A stretch of 64,000 nucleotides of DNA from Macrostomum hystrix. Lineage: Eukaryota > Animalia > Platyhelminthes. The translations under genes were made by a program, and so were the position numbers. Below are positions 36,089 to 48,346 of the stretch, in pieces (position 1 is the stretch's first letter; the number at the start of each line of letters is the position of its first letter). The notes under the pieces are model-generated. The model worked only from the letters and a program-made list of their open reading frames with translations, was not told where the DNA came from and searched no databases. Where the stretch lies: positions 9,858,001 to 9,922,000 of the forward strand of contig CATNEN010000003.1 of the NCBI GenBank assembly GCA_950097015.1. The letters are read 5' to 3'.

Positions 36089-36490
36089 TTAATGTTTTAA
36101 GGAAGATCGAGTTTTAATCCGGCTTCCAGAGTTGCTTTTTTGAAAACGCGAACTGACAGAAAGCGATCGACGAGTTGGTCGGAAGTACATCCCAAGCGGA
36201 TGGGGATTCGATGAGGATCTTCGCAAATGCAAGGTTTGCCGAGTAGATTTAGCACCGATTTGAAATTTTTCTCTCTGTATAGTATCTTGAAACTGTGTTC
36301 TCTGCTTAGCTAGCCTCAGGCCGGGATCATCAATGTAGAATAGTAAAGCTTGGACTAGAATAAATGTCACAGTGCCGATAAGTGGCGCCGCAATGTTCAC
36401 CCACATTGGCCAATAAGCTGCATCTCTCGGACTTAATAAGGGCGCAGCTGTGTCGGAAGCTTTCGTTGTTGCCCAAATGCCAGGGACCAT
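36089..36490 (-). CDS. Single-pass membrane protein A, 133 aa, paralogue of protein B
   Basis: AAYWPMWVNIAAPLIGTVTFILVQALLFYIDDPGL is 26/35 identical to the segment in protein B. Strong acceptor TTTTTCAG about 40 nt upstream of the ATG. Confidence 0.8.
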   Translation of the reverse strand: MVPGIWATTKASDTAAPLLSPRDAAYWPMWVNIAAPLIGTVTFILVQALLFYIDDPGLRLAKQRTQFQDTIQREKFQIGAKSTRQTLHLRRSSSNPHPLGMYFRPTRRSLSVSSRFQKSNSGSRIKTRSSLKH

Positions 36491-36627
36491 TTATTAAGTC
36501 CTGCTAATGATGATGTAAAAGTAATTCTGCTGAAAAACAAAAAAAGTTCCTAGAACTTTGTGACTTGAATATTGATCGACTGATATCTGCAGGGATTGTG
36601 GGTATTCAGGCAATTGCTTAAGTCAGA

Positions 36628-36977
36628 CCTGAACACTGGGATGGCGAGCATGGACTGGCTGAGGAAGAATGTGCACCGGGAACGCGAGCTTGGATTGGCT
36701 GAGGAAGAATGTACACTGGGAAGGCGAGCTTGGATTGGCTGAGGAAGAATGTACACTGGGAAGGCGAGCTTGGATTGGATTGGAAGAATGTACACTGGAA
36801 TGGCGAGCTTGGATTGGCTGAGGAAGAATGTACACTGGAATGGCGAGCTTGGATTGGCTGAGGAAGAATGTACACTGGGAAGGCGAGCTTGGATTGGATT
36901 GGAAGAATGTACACTGGGAAGGCGAGCTTGGATTGGCTGAGGAAGAATGTACACTGGGAAGGCGTATTGGATTGGCC
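36628..36977. repeat. ~40-bp minisatellite
   Basis: Unit GAGCTTGGATTGGCTGAGGAAGAATGTACACTGGGAAGGC. Confidence 0.95.
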
Positions 36978-37527
36978 ATAGTTCAAGTATGTTAGATATC
37001 TGGTTGTACTATTGCATGTACAGAATTAAAAATAAAGTAATATAAAGCTTGATTTTACTAGCTTGCTAAGTCAAATTATACGAAGTAGTAAAATTAAGTA
37101 AAAACGGATATTTCGTATTTAATTTAACAATTTGAAAAGTACATATTTACTTCTTTGATAACTTATTTACGTCTCAGAGATGAATATTTGTCGTTTAGAA
37201 GACTAGTGGTCAAATTTTCACTCGCACCCTAAAATGTGTTTTAGAGGTTATGCCTCGCTTAATTAAAAACAATTGTAGAAAAAAAATAAAATCAGCAACC
37301 TAGGCAGACAAGCAGTAGTCAACAATTTGTCAAGCAATATAAACAGGCCCATTACAGTTTCCGCAGCAATCTTTTTTTAAAGCTAAAAACTGATTAAGAA
37401 AAAACAAAATAACATGCAAGCACTAATGACTAAATGACAAGCAAAGCAAAGTTTAACCGATTGAAGAAAAAAAAGAAATAAACAAAAACTAACAATAATA
37501 TTTTTCCTTTATTATTATGAAAGCAGG

Positions 37528-37988
37528 TTTGGATTGGATAAAAAAGTGTAAAATGGTTAGGCGAGCATGGATTAGCTGAGGGAGAACGTTGCACTAAGGC
37601 GATCTTGGATTGGCTGAGGAAGAATGTACGCTGGGATGGAGAGCTTGGATTGGCTGAAGAAGAATGTACACTGCGATTGAGAGCTTGAATTGGCTGAAGA
37701 ATAATGTACACTGGAATGGCGAGCTTGGGTTGGCTGAGGAAGAATGTACACTGGGATGGAGAGCTTGGATTGGCTGAGGAAATATGTACACTGGGGAGGC
37801 GAGCTTGGATTGGCTGAGGGAGAGTGTACACTGTGGAATGCGAGCTTGGATTGGCTGAGGGAGAGTGTACACTGGGGAGGCGAGCTTGGATTGGCTGAGG
37901 GAGAGTGTACGTTGGGAAGGCGAGCTTGGATTCGCTGAGGGAGAAGCTCCATGCACACTGGAAATGGAGCTTGAATTAGCTGAGGGAG
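37528..37988. repeat. ~40-bp minisatellite, same family as 36628-36977
   Basis: Same unit, more diverged. Confidence 0.93.
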
Positions 37989-38264
37989 TGGATAAATAAA
38001 TCTCGACTTAAAAAAAATTAATGACTTCGCAATAGATAATTTAATTGATTTCTATAACGAAAATGATTTATTGCGTTTAGATTGGGTGTGGTTATAAACA
38101 CGCAAGAAATTATTCCAACAAAAATAGAATTTATACGCTAGTAAACCAGAATCATGTTTAATCACCAGGCTTCAAGCCGACTTCTCGTTGAACAATAGAA
38201 ACAAATTAAAAAACTTAAACAGAAGTCACAGTTTTATTTATTGTTAATTGACGAAGTGGCAGAA

Positions 38265-41200
38265 TTATTTTTTCTTAGCCGAGAAAGGATCACCGCCAGC
38301 GCCGCGGTTTCCATGTTGACTTTTCTTCTTTTGCTGCTGCTGCTGCTGCTGCTGCTGATTTGGAAATACATTTCTGCTATGCTGGGGCAGCTGACCAGTG
38401 TACTGTTGCTGCTGCTGCTGCTGCTGAAAACCACCGATTGGCATTGGTGGGCCGCCGCCACCGCGCTGAATAATGATGCCAGGCGGAAGTGGTTGAAATT
38501 GACGCGATGACGGCTGCCGACCTCCAACAGCTCCGATGGGCAATGAAGAATTTCCTGAAACCATTGAGCCACTAGTAGGCACTAAGGTTGACACCGGGCG
38601 CCATTGCTGCTGACCAATTGGAGCAGCAGGAGCAGCAGTAGCAGCACCAGCAGCAGTAGCAGTTCCGGTGCTGATTGCAGCGGTTGGCGAAGCTGGCATC
38701 CAGTTGAACACCGGGAATGTCTGAGGATTGCCAAGTAGGCGCAGCTCCTGAGGACCAGTCGGCAGCTGGGCCAATGGAACCAGCAGGTCTGGCATGCCGG
38801 GTGCTCGAATCAGCACAGGCTGATAGGCAGCCGCCTGCGGCGCCGGAGAGGCGGGATCCGCTGAGGAAGCAGACGATGACTGCCGCATGTAGAGAATCGC
38901 CGGTCCGCCTGTTGGACCATCTTCGGCTGGGGCCAGCTGGGGACGAGACTGCTGATCGATTTGCACCTGCAATTCAGGAAACAGAACGGATTAACTTAGA
39001 GACAGATGGGATTGCCTGAGAGATATCGGATTAACTAGGATATATATTGGATTCACTGGGAGATAGATCGGATTAACTGAAAGACAGATCGGATTAACTG
39101 AAAGACAGATCGGATTAACTGAAAGACATATCGGATTAACTGGGAGACGCATCAGATTAACTAGGAGACAGATCGGATTAACTGGGAGACAGATAGGATT
39201 AACTGGGAGACAGATCAGATTAACTGGGAGACAGATCAGATTAACTGGGAGACAGATCAGATTAACTGGGAGACAGATAGGATTAACTAGGAGACAGATC
39301 AGATTAACTGGGAGACAGATCAGATTAACTGGGAGACAGATCAGATTAACTGGGAGACAGATCGGATTAACTGAGACAGATCGGATTAACTGGGAGACAG
39401 ATCGGATTAACTGGGAGACAGATCAGATTAACTGGGAGACAGATCGGATTAACTGGGAGACAGATCGGATTAACTGGGAGACAGATCAGATTAACTGGGA
39501 GACAGATCAGATTAACTGGGAGACAGATCAGATTAACTGGGAGACAGATCGGATTAACTGAGACAGATCGGATTAACTGAGACAGATCGGATTAACTGGG
39601 AGACAGATCAGATTAACTGGGAGACAGATCGAATTAACTGGGACACACACACCACGAAGAAATTGAAAGACACCCCTAAAAAAGCAATAGACGCCCTTGA
39701 AAATTAGGAAAAAGGGGAAAAAGCCTAACCTGCTCTCTCTGGAAGTCCTTCAAAGGCGTCCGAATTCCGTCCAGCCTGTTAGCTCGCTTCATTTCGTGTC
39801 CGCAGTCGCGCGCAATGTGACCGATCTTGCCGCAACGTTTACAGCCGCGATCCTTCGGCACATCACAGGGGCACAGGCTGGACGAGAACAGATACTCCTT
39901 CATGGCCCGGTCGGCCAAAGGTTCAACAGGCGGTGAGCACCAGCGTTTCAAAGCGTTATGAAACGTGGTGAGTATGAACCAAGCCATCTTCTTAGTCATG
40001 CCGCTAGCGAGATTGTGACACAATTCAAACGGATCTTCAATAGCCAACGGCGTGGACCAGAGCTTCTCCAATCTGAGCAGGGGGCCGCTGCGCCGAATTG
40101 TGACCACCTTGGAGCGCCAGTCGAATTCCAGATAGTAGCGCAGGAAGCCGAGCCAAAGCTCGCCAATGTTCTTATCGCAGCGCGGCCTCCAACGCCTGGC
40201 TATCTCAGCCCGGTCCTCTTGGAACCAGGCGTTCCAACCGTCGATTTGTCTTACCGGCGCCGCCTGGCTCGGCCAGCCATCGTACAGCTCCTGCAGGCAA
40301 GGAATGACGCCTTCAGACTGCAGATAGTGCAGAGTGAGGATCACGTAGGCGTAGGATGACAGGCTGCCGCGGCTGGCGTCGCCAATGTCGCAGGATTTGG
40401 CGAATACCTTGTTTAATTGTGTTCGATTAGCGGGATTAAACACTAATCCTTTGAATTGATTATCACTAGTCTAACACTGAATAATGTATTTTTTAATAAT
40501 GAAATTTGCAGGAGGGCTGCGGGCAATGGCACATGATTTGGTGACACTAGACCCGCAGCCAGCGAGGAGATAATTATTCCGCCCTTTTCTCTGATTCCTG
40601 AGCACACACGCACACAGGTGCGAGGTGTGTACATCTGATCGTCACACAGTGTACACTTATACAATGCCTTGGAGGTTGGCCTCAAGGTATAAATTGCACG
40701 GCCTCGCCGCGGCATCGAGCTTTCTCGAATGTAGGGACCTTCTTGCGAGAGGCAACACGCGTTAGACCGCTCACCCCCAAACTACACTGATCACTTCTTA
40801 AGCGGATTATCAGTTAATCCCATACTGACTTTACTCAAGCTTAGTTTAGTGAAAAATTAATAATCGCGAAACTATAAAGTAACAATCACCTTAACAATGT
40901 AGCCCAAATCTCGAACGCGCCTATCCAGCATAGCGTAGGTTCGCAGCATCCTAGTATTAGCGGCAGCCAACCGATTATAGAGGCTAACATCCCCTTCGCA
41001 GTCGAATCGACGATGATGAAACTTCACAATGGGCACCTTGGCCTGGGTGATTGGCAGAACGGAGTAGAATTGTCTGCTAGGGGCGCCCTTTAGAATCTTG
41101 GCCACCTTAGTGATGATGTCTGGCACTGGAGTCTTTAGACTGCTCAATGTAGGGCAATTATCAAAGGTCAAGCACATGTCCAAGTCGCTGTTGAAAAAGC

Positions 41201-44200
41201 CGAAGCCATTGCAACATGAGCCGAATAGTTCCAATTGCGCGTCAGGAAAGTGCACCCTTAGCAGAGCTAGAATTTCGTCTTTAACTTCGGCACGCTTTTT
41301 AAGATCGATTGGACGCTCTTCAAAATCGCCGGGTACAGTGCGAAGCAATTCAGTTAAACTGGACAGGTGTTTAGCTGAACATGGTACAGGTAGCTGTTCA
41401 GACAGATTAACAAATTCGTACTCAGTGCAGGCGTCTTTCAAATGGCCGGCCTTGCCGCAGCTGGCGCATTGAAGCTGAGGCGGCGGAGCACGCACGAGGC
41501 AGCGCTTGTCCAGGGTGTAGCGCAATGATGCCTTATTAACAGACTCTACTAGGGCTCGGTTGTAGTAATCTGGATCAGTGGAATCCTGTGTGATGATTGC
41601 GGGAAAGTGTTTTAAGACAGCTCTAATGACGTACTCAAGATAGCTTTTATGACATTCTCAAGACAGTCAAGACAGCTTTCATGACATTCTCAAGACAATC
41701 AAGACAGCTTTCATGACATTCTCAAGACAATCAAGACAGCTTTCATGACATTCTCAAGACAGCTGTCATGACATTCATAAGACAGCTTTCATGACATTTT
41801 AAGACAGCTTTCATGACATTTTAAGACAGCTTTCATGACATTTTAGCGGAAATTATGAACGCATTATCCATTTGTAAGTTATCCACAAAACAACATCTGG
41901 CCTTGATGCTGTAAAGATGCTGGCCTTGACCCATAGATCTCATATACGATCTATGTATGTAAGTGTATGTAAGTGTATCTAAGTGTATGTAAGTGTATCT
42001 AAGTGTATCTAAGTGTATGTAAGTGTCGTACGTAAGATCTAATTCAACCTTTCTGTGAAAAAAAAATATTGGGAACTTTCCACGAGTCATTTAGATGATT
42101 TGCTTGGTTAAGCCTTGCTTACCATTGCCGACCGGAACGGAATAAAATATTGCTATAGACACAACTTCGCTTGCCTTGGGTCAGATTAAAATTTGGATGC
42201 CTACGTGGATGCCCAGAGCAAACCATCTGAATTTTAAAGGTTAAGACAGCTTTCATGACATTCTCGAGACACTCATGAAATTCTCGAGTCACTCTTGACA
42301 TTCACAAGACACTCGATGCATGACTATAAGACAGTTAATAGACTCACCAGAACGCCACCTTCAGCGGCGAGCTCTTCATCGATTTCCGCGTCTTCCGCTT
42401 CATCGATGGCATTAGCGGCTTCTTCCAGATCTTCATCGTCATCATTGCCAATCTGATCTTCGTCAGCATAGTCTTCCTCCTCTAGAACGTCGTCGACAAT
42501 GGACAAGTTCACGCCGTCTAAATCGACATTGGCAGCAGTGCCACATACCACGGTGCTTAAACAGTCGGCAACTAGATTATCAACAATCTGTCTAGCATAC
42601 TGTTCAATAGTAGTTGGCTCTGGCTTAGTCGGCGAGATCAATTGCAGCGGCGGCGGCACGGGCAGCTCGTTGGTAGTGAGTCGTCTGCGTCGACGTATCA
42701 GTAGCCGACGCTGTCGACGACGACGCGAGGAACGAACGGCTACGCGAATGATCGCGGCTGCCTGAGCAGGCGTAGCTGTGAGACAATCTCGAGCAAGATG
42801 ACGACGCATGATAGCGCCGAATAGTCGTTGAACCAACCAACGATGAAAGTCAACAGTTGGCAGGTTGGCAACGGAGGGAGCCTTGTTAGAATCGGTTGAA
42901 ACTCCGGCAGCTAGATCGGCTTCGTCAAGTTCCAGACTAGCGCAGGATACCTGATCGTCTGGCGAGAATATGCTAGCAAGGGCAGCGTTAACAATGTCAC
43001 TAGTGGACGCAATGCCTGGCACACTATCGACAACTTGGCGCGCAGCTCCTACAAGATCGCCAATATCAAACAGTGGCGTAATCTTCAGCTTCTGAGTCTT
43101 TGTAAGGCCGCCGCCAGTGCTAGCTTTTAGCTTGAAGTGCTGATAGAGCGGCCCAGTTGCCAACTGGGGTACGGCATAGTAGCGATAGGCAGAGCGAATC
43201 TGCATCAGTATGTAATCTAGTAGTTCACTGCTAGCAACTCCGCGTGACATGTTCATTCTAGGCCGGAATGGATCTTCGATGTTCAACCGTTTTGGCATCC
43301 AATCCTTAGCCGAGCATAGCAGCGGCTCTAATTGGGTAACGCAGACGATAGCGTCCTGCCTAGGCGTGGAATAATAACGCAGTAAATCAATCCACAAGCG
43401 GCCAAGATTAGCGGTTCTGGCCGCATCAGTCGGCTGCCAGAATTCAGCTAAGCGATCAGGATCGGCACTGAAATAAGTCAACTTTCCGTCTTCGAAATTC
43501 ACCGACGTGCAGCAATCCGGCGGAGCCATAGTTGCTAGGCTATTAAGCACTGGAAGGACTCCAACCTGCTGCAAGTAGTGCACAACCATCAGGTGATACG
43601 CGTGAGGCGGCAAGGTGCCCCTCTGTGGCGCATCGGCTTTAGCAAGATTAGCTACAGTGCGTAGGGCAAAGCAGAGACGGCGACAGCGTTCGTCTAGCCT
43701 TGTGTAGGCTGCAATTAGATTTGAAGTCAGGGACCGGTGCCAGGTGTTAACACTAAATCTATAGGCTACACCTGAAGTATCTTTGCATAAAATAGCCGGG
43801 GCCAAATTGTCAGCTTGAGATTCTACGCTGGCAAATAGTTTTATAACATTGTCTTTCTCAATTTCGGTGCTAACCACAGTGGCCGCCGTTAGCGCGTCAA
43901 CGCAGCGTTCGAATGCAACGTTAAATTCGGCATCCGCGTTACTTTTACTATCGGCCATAGTTGCGGCGTCGACTAGGACTAAGCTAAGATTAACGTCACT
44001 ATCGATGGTTGATAAATGACTGATCAGACTGCCATAGATGCGAGCACTACGACCACCTCCACTGGAGCGAATGGCTTCGATTGATCGATTAGCAACAATT
44101 TGGCGACGCTCTGCCTCCGCTTCGGTCAGCAACATGGAATCCGAATAATTTTTTAGATGCTCGCCGACGCCTTCACAATGCGACACCGTTGGAGGCGGCG

Positions 44201-45682
44201 CGGCGGCGACAAAGCGTTGAAGCATCTGAGTTGGAGTATGGAATTCGAGTGGCTAGGTAGATGGCCAGGAGTTAGAGGATAGGGAATTAGATATATGGAA
44301 TTTAGAGGATTGGGAAGTGGAAAGATAGGATTAGACGATTGGGAAATTGATAGATGGGATTTAGAGGATTGGGAATTGAATAGATGGGATTTAGAGGAAT
44401 GGGAAGTGGATAGATGGGATTTAGAGGATTGGGAAGTGGATAGATGGGATTTAGAGGATTGGGAATTGGATAGATGGGATTTAGAGGATTGGGAATTGGA
44501 TAGATGGGATTTAGAGGATTGGGAATTTGATAGATGGGATTTAGAGGAATGGGAAGTGGATAGATGGGATTTAGAGGATTGGGAAGTAGATATATGGAAT
44601 TTAGATCATTGGGAAGTGGATAGATAGGATTTGGAGGACTGGGAAGTGGATATGGATTGGATTTAAAGGATTGGGAATTGGATAGATGGGATTTAGAGGA
44701 TTGGGAAGAGGATAGATGGGATTTAGAGGATTGGGATGTGGATAGATAGGATTTGGAGGACTGGGAAGTAGATAGATAGGATTTGGAGGACTGGGAAGTA
44801 GATAGATAGGATTTGGAGCACTGGGAAGTGGATAGATAGGATTAATAAGGATGAGAAGTGTAATAGATAGACGGGATTTAGAAGATTGGGAAATGTAGAT
44901 GGTATTCAAAGGATTGGGAAGTAAATAGAGGGGATTTAGAGGACTTCGTATTGGATACATGTGATTTTGAGGACCTAGGAAGCGGTGAAATGGGATTTAG
45001 ACGGATGGGAAAGGGATAGATGGGCTGGGATTTTTATGTTTGTGAATTGGATGGATGGGATTTAGAGGATTGGAAAGTGAAATGGCGGACCAAAAAGTAT
45101 ATCTAAATTGAAAAAAATCTAGAACAGAACACAAACCTGAGTTTCGGACTTGATTCGATGCCTAGTTGAGTCAACGTGATCCCAGGCCTTTGACAGGTTG
45201 TCAATATGCACAGCGCACTGCCTGCATTGGTACAATGCCCTAGGAAATTTCTGAGCAGGCTTCAACAAAGGGTGAATATACTCAGCTTCGAGGCGATCCA
45301 AATCAATGTCTGAAGGCTTAGTAGGATCCAAAGGCGCTCTAGGATTGGCACCGGCGATTGACTTGCAAACGGTGCTAGCAGGACGGCAGACTAGCAGCTG
45401 GCCATTGTTAGGATCCGTACGGACCGTGGATCCGGCGGAGGCCAACGGCTTAGCCGGCTGATTGCTGGACGATGACGTAGAAGAACAGTTTCTAGCCGTT
45501 GATTCAGTTGATTGAGGAGGCCTATTGTCGGCTACAACTGTCTGCGGCTGGATCCGATTCTGCTGTGGTTGCGACGGCTGCTGCTGCTGCTTGTTTTGCT
45601 TGTTCTTCTTTTTCGACTTCTTAGATGGTACAGGACCAGCATCTATACTAACTGTGGTAGAAGCGATTGCCTTGCTATCCAT
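38265..45682 (-). CDS. TUT4/7: Terminal uridylyltransferase 4/7 (ZCCHC11/ZCCHC6-like), about 1499 aa, 5 exons
   Basis: Exons 45682-45137, 44225-42348, 41585-40890, 40407-39730, 38966-38265, all phase 0. C2H2 finger, degenerate first NTase (YGS..SDVN), CCHC knuckles (CASCGKAGHLKDAC, CKRCGKIGHIARDC), active NTase FGS..SDLD..GDVS, PAP-associated IEDPF twice, Q-rich tail. Confidence 0.95.
38978..39645. repeat. 21-bp minisatellite in TUT intron 4, about 30 copies
   Basis: Plus unit CTGGGAGACAGATC(G/A)GATTAA; sense unit TTAATC(C/T)GATCTGTCTCCCAG. Confidence 0.96.
40492..40780 (-). mobile_element. SINE family 2 copy (TUT intron 3)
   Basis: Reverse complement of the family 2 body, with a tRNA-like head GTGAGCGGTCTAACGCG. 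Confidence 0.85.
41612..42335. repeat. ~23-bp tandem repeat in TUT intron 2, interrupted by a ~400-bp insert with a 10-bp TAAGTGTAT(G/C) microrepeat
   Basis: AAGACAGCTTTCATGACATTCTC units at 41612-41842 and 42241-42335. Confidence 0.85.
44270..45080. repeat. 30-bp minisatellite in TUT intron 1
   Basis: Unit GGGATTTAGAGGATTGGGAAGTGGATAGAT, degenerate at the edges. Confidence 0.93.
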
Positions 45683-45929
45683 TGCCCGTTTTCTACCGCC
45701 GACAATGCGTGTTGATTCTGTTAGGTCTTCGATTTTGGTACAATGTCGCTAATTTATAGAAAATTGCTTAATAAATAACTGGAAAGACGTGTGGTTTTGG
45801 GTCTGAAAAACTACAATTAGCCTTATAGACTTATTGAATTAGACCCTAATTATCCTTAACTTTACTTTATCCTTATGCGCTAAGTTACTGAATAACATCC
45901 TAATTATCCTCAGATTTAGTTAATTATGA

Positions 45930-48130
45930 AGTAATTATCCTTAGATTTAGTCTATCACGCAACTAATTATCCTCAAATTTAGTATATCACGCACTAATTA
46001 TCCTCAAATTTAGTATATCACGAACTAATTATCATTCGATGTAGTCTATCACGCAACTAATTATCCTTAAATTTAGTCTTATCACGCACTAATTATCATT
46101 CGATGTAGCTTATCACGCAACTAATTATCCTCAAATTTAGTATATCACGAACTAATTATCATTCGATGTAGTCTATCACGCAACTAATTATCCTCAAATT
46201 TAGTCTATCACGCACTAATTATCATTCGATGTAGTCTATCACGCAACTAATTATCCTCAAATTTAGTCTATCACGAACTAATTATCATTCGATGTAGTCT
46301 ATCACGCAACTAATTATCCTCAAATTTAGTCTATCACGCACTAATTATCCTCAAATTTAGTATATCACGAACTAATTATCATTCGATGTAGTCTATCACG
46401 CAACTAATTATCCTCAAATTTAGTATATCACGAACTAATTATCATTCGATGTAGTCTATCACGCAACTAATTATCCTTAAATTTAGTCTTATCACGCACT
46501 AATTATCATTCGATGTAGCTTATCACGCAACTAATTATCCTCAAATTTAGTATATCACGAACTAATTATCATTCGATGTAGTCTATCACGCAACTAATTA
46601 TCCTCAAATTTAGTCTATCACGCACTAATTATCATTCGATGTAGTCTATCACGCAACTAATTATCCTCAAATTTAGTCTATCACGAACTAATTATCATTC
46701 GATGTAGTCTATCACGCAACTAATTATCCTCAAATTTAGTCTATCACGCACTAATTATCATTCGATGTAGTCCTTCACGCAACTAATTATCCTCAAATTT
46801 AGTCTATCACGCACTAATTATCATTCGATGTAGTCTATCACGCAACTAATTATCCTCAAATTTAGTATATCACGCACTAATTATCATTCGATGTAGTCTA
46901 TCACGCAACTAATTATCCTCAAATTTAGTCTATCACGCACTAATTATCATTCGATGTAGTCTATCACGCAACTAATTATCCTCAAATTTAGTCTATCACG
47001 AACTAATTATCATTCGATGTAGTCTATCACGCAACTAATTATCCTCAAATTTAGTATATCACGCACTAATTATCATTCGATGTAGTCTATCACGCAACTA
47101 ATTATCCTCAAATTTAGTATATCACGCACTAATTATCATTCGATGTAGTCTATCACGCAACTAATTATCCTCAAATTTAGTCTATCACGCACTAATTATC
47201 ATTCGATGTAGTCCATCACGCAACTAATTATCCTCAAATTTAGTCTATCACGAACTAATTATCATTCGATGTAGTCTATCACGCAACTAATTATCCTCAA
47301 ATTTAGTCTATCACGCACTAATTATCATTCGATGTAGTCCATCACGCAACTAATTATCCTCAAATTTAGTCTATCACGCACTAATTATCATTCGATGTAG
47401 TCTATCACGCAACTAATTATCCTCAAATTTAGTATATCACGCACTAATTATCATTCGATGTAGTCTATCACGCAACTAATTATCCTCAAATTTAGTCTAT
47501 CACGCACTAATTATCATTCGATGTAGCTTATCACGCAACTAATTATCCTCAAATTTAGTATATCACGAACTAATTATCATTCGATGTAGTCTATCACGCA
47601 ACTAATTATCCTCAAATTTAGTCTATCACGCACTAATTATCATTCGATGTAGTCTATCACGCAACTAATTATCCTCAAATTTAGTATATCACGCACTAAT
47701 TATCATTCGATGTAGTCTATCACGCAACTAATTATCCTCAAATTTAGTCTATCACGCACTAATTATCATTCGATGTAGTCTATCACGCAACTAATTATCC
47801 TCAAATTTAGTCTATCACGCACTAATTATCATTCGATGTAGTCTATCACGCAACTAATTATCCTCAAATTTAGTATATCACGCACTAATTATCATTCGAT
47901 GTAGTCTATCACGCAACTAATTATCCTCAAATTTAGTATATCACGAACTAGTTTATCATTCGATGTAGTCTATCACGCAACTAATTATCCTCAAATTTAG
48001 TATATCACGAACTAATTATCATTCGATGTAGTCTATCACGCAACTAATTATCCTGAAATTTTTAGTCTATCACGCTCTAATTATCCTTAAGTTTAGTCTA
48101 TCACGAACTAATTATCCTCAAATTTAGAAT
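45930..48130. repeat. 63-bp higher-order (31+32 bp) minisatellite between HEMK2 and TUT, about 35 copies
   Basis: Alternating CTAATTATCCTCAAATTTAGTCTATCACGCA and CTAATTATCATTCGATGTAGTCTATCACGCAA. Confidence 0.97.
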
Positions 48131-48346
48131 ATCATGTCACATGAATTAAATAACTACACTTAATATCCAAAATCCACAACTCAAACGCAATCAAAAAATA
48201 ATAAAATGTTTTTGTCAGTTCAAAACGCATTATTCAAGTCATTTAATATGTTAAATGCAAGCAAGCTACTTTGAAATGACGTAATGATCTAAAAGATCTG
48301 ATTATCGCAAAAAAATAATATAGTTCAGGGCCTCATAGCGTAAGAT

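Noticed and set aside
44000-44045. Apparently inactivated TUT nucleotidyltransferase (SDVN)
   Set aside because: The first NTase domain of TUT4/7 is normally inactive; the second (SDLD...D) is intact.
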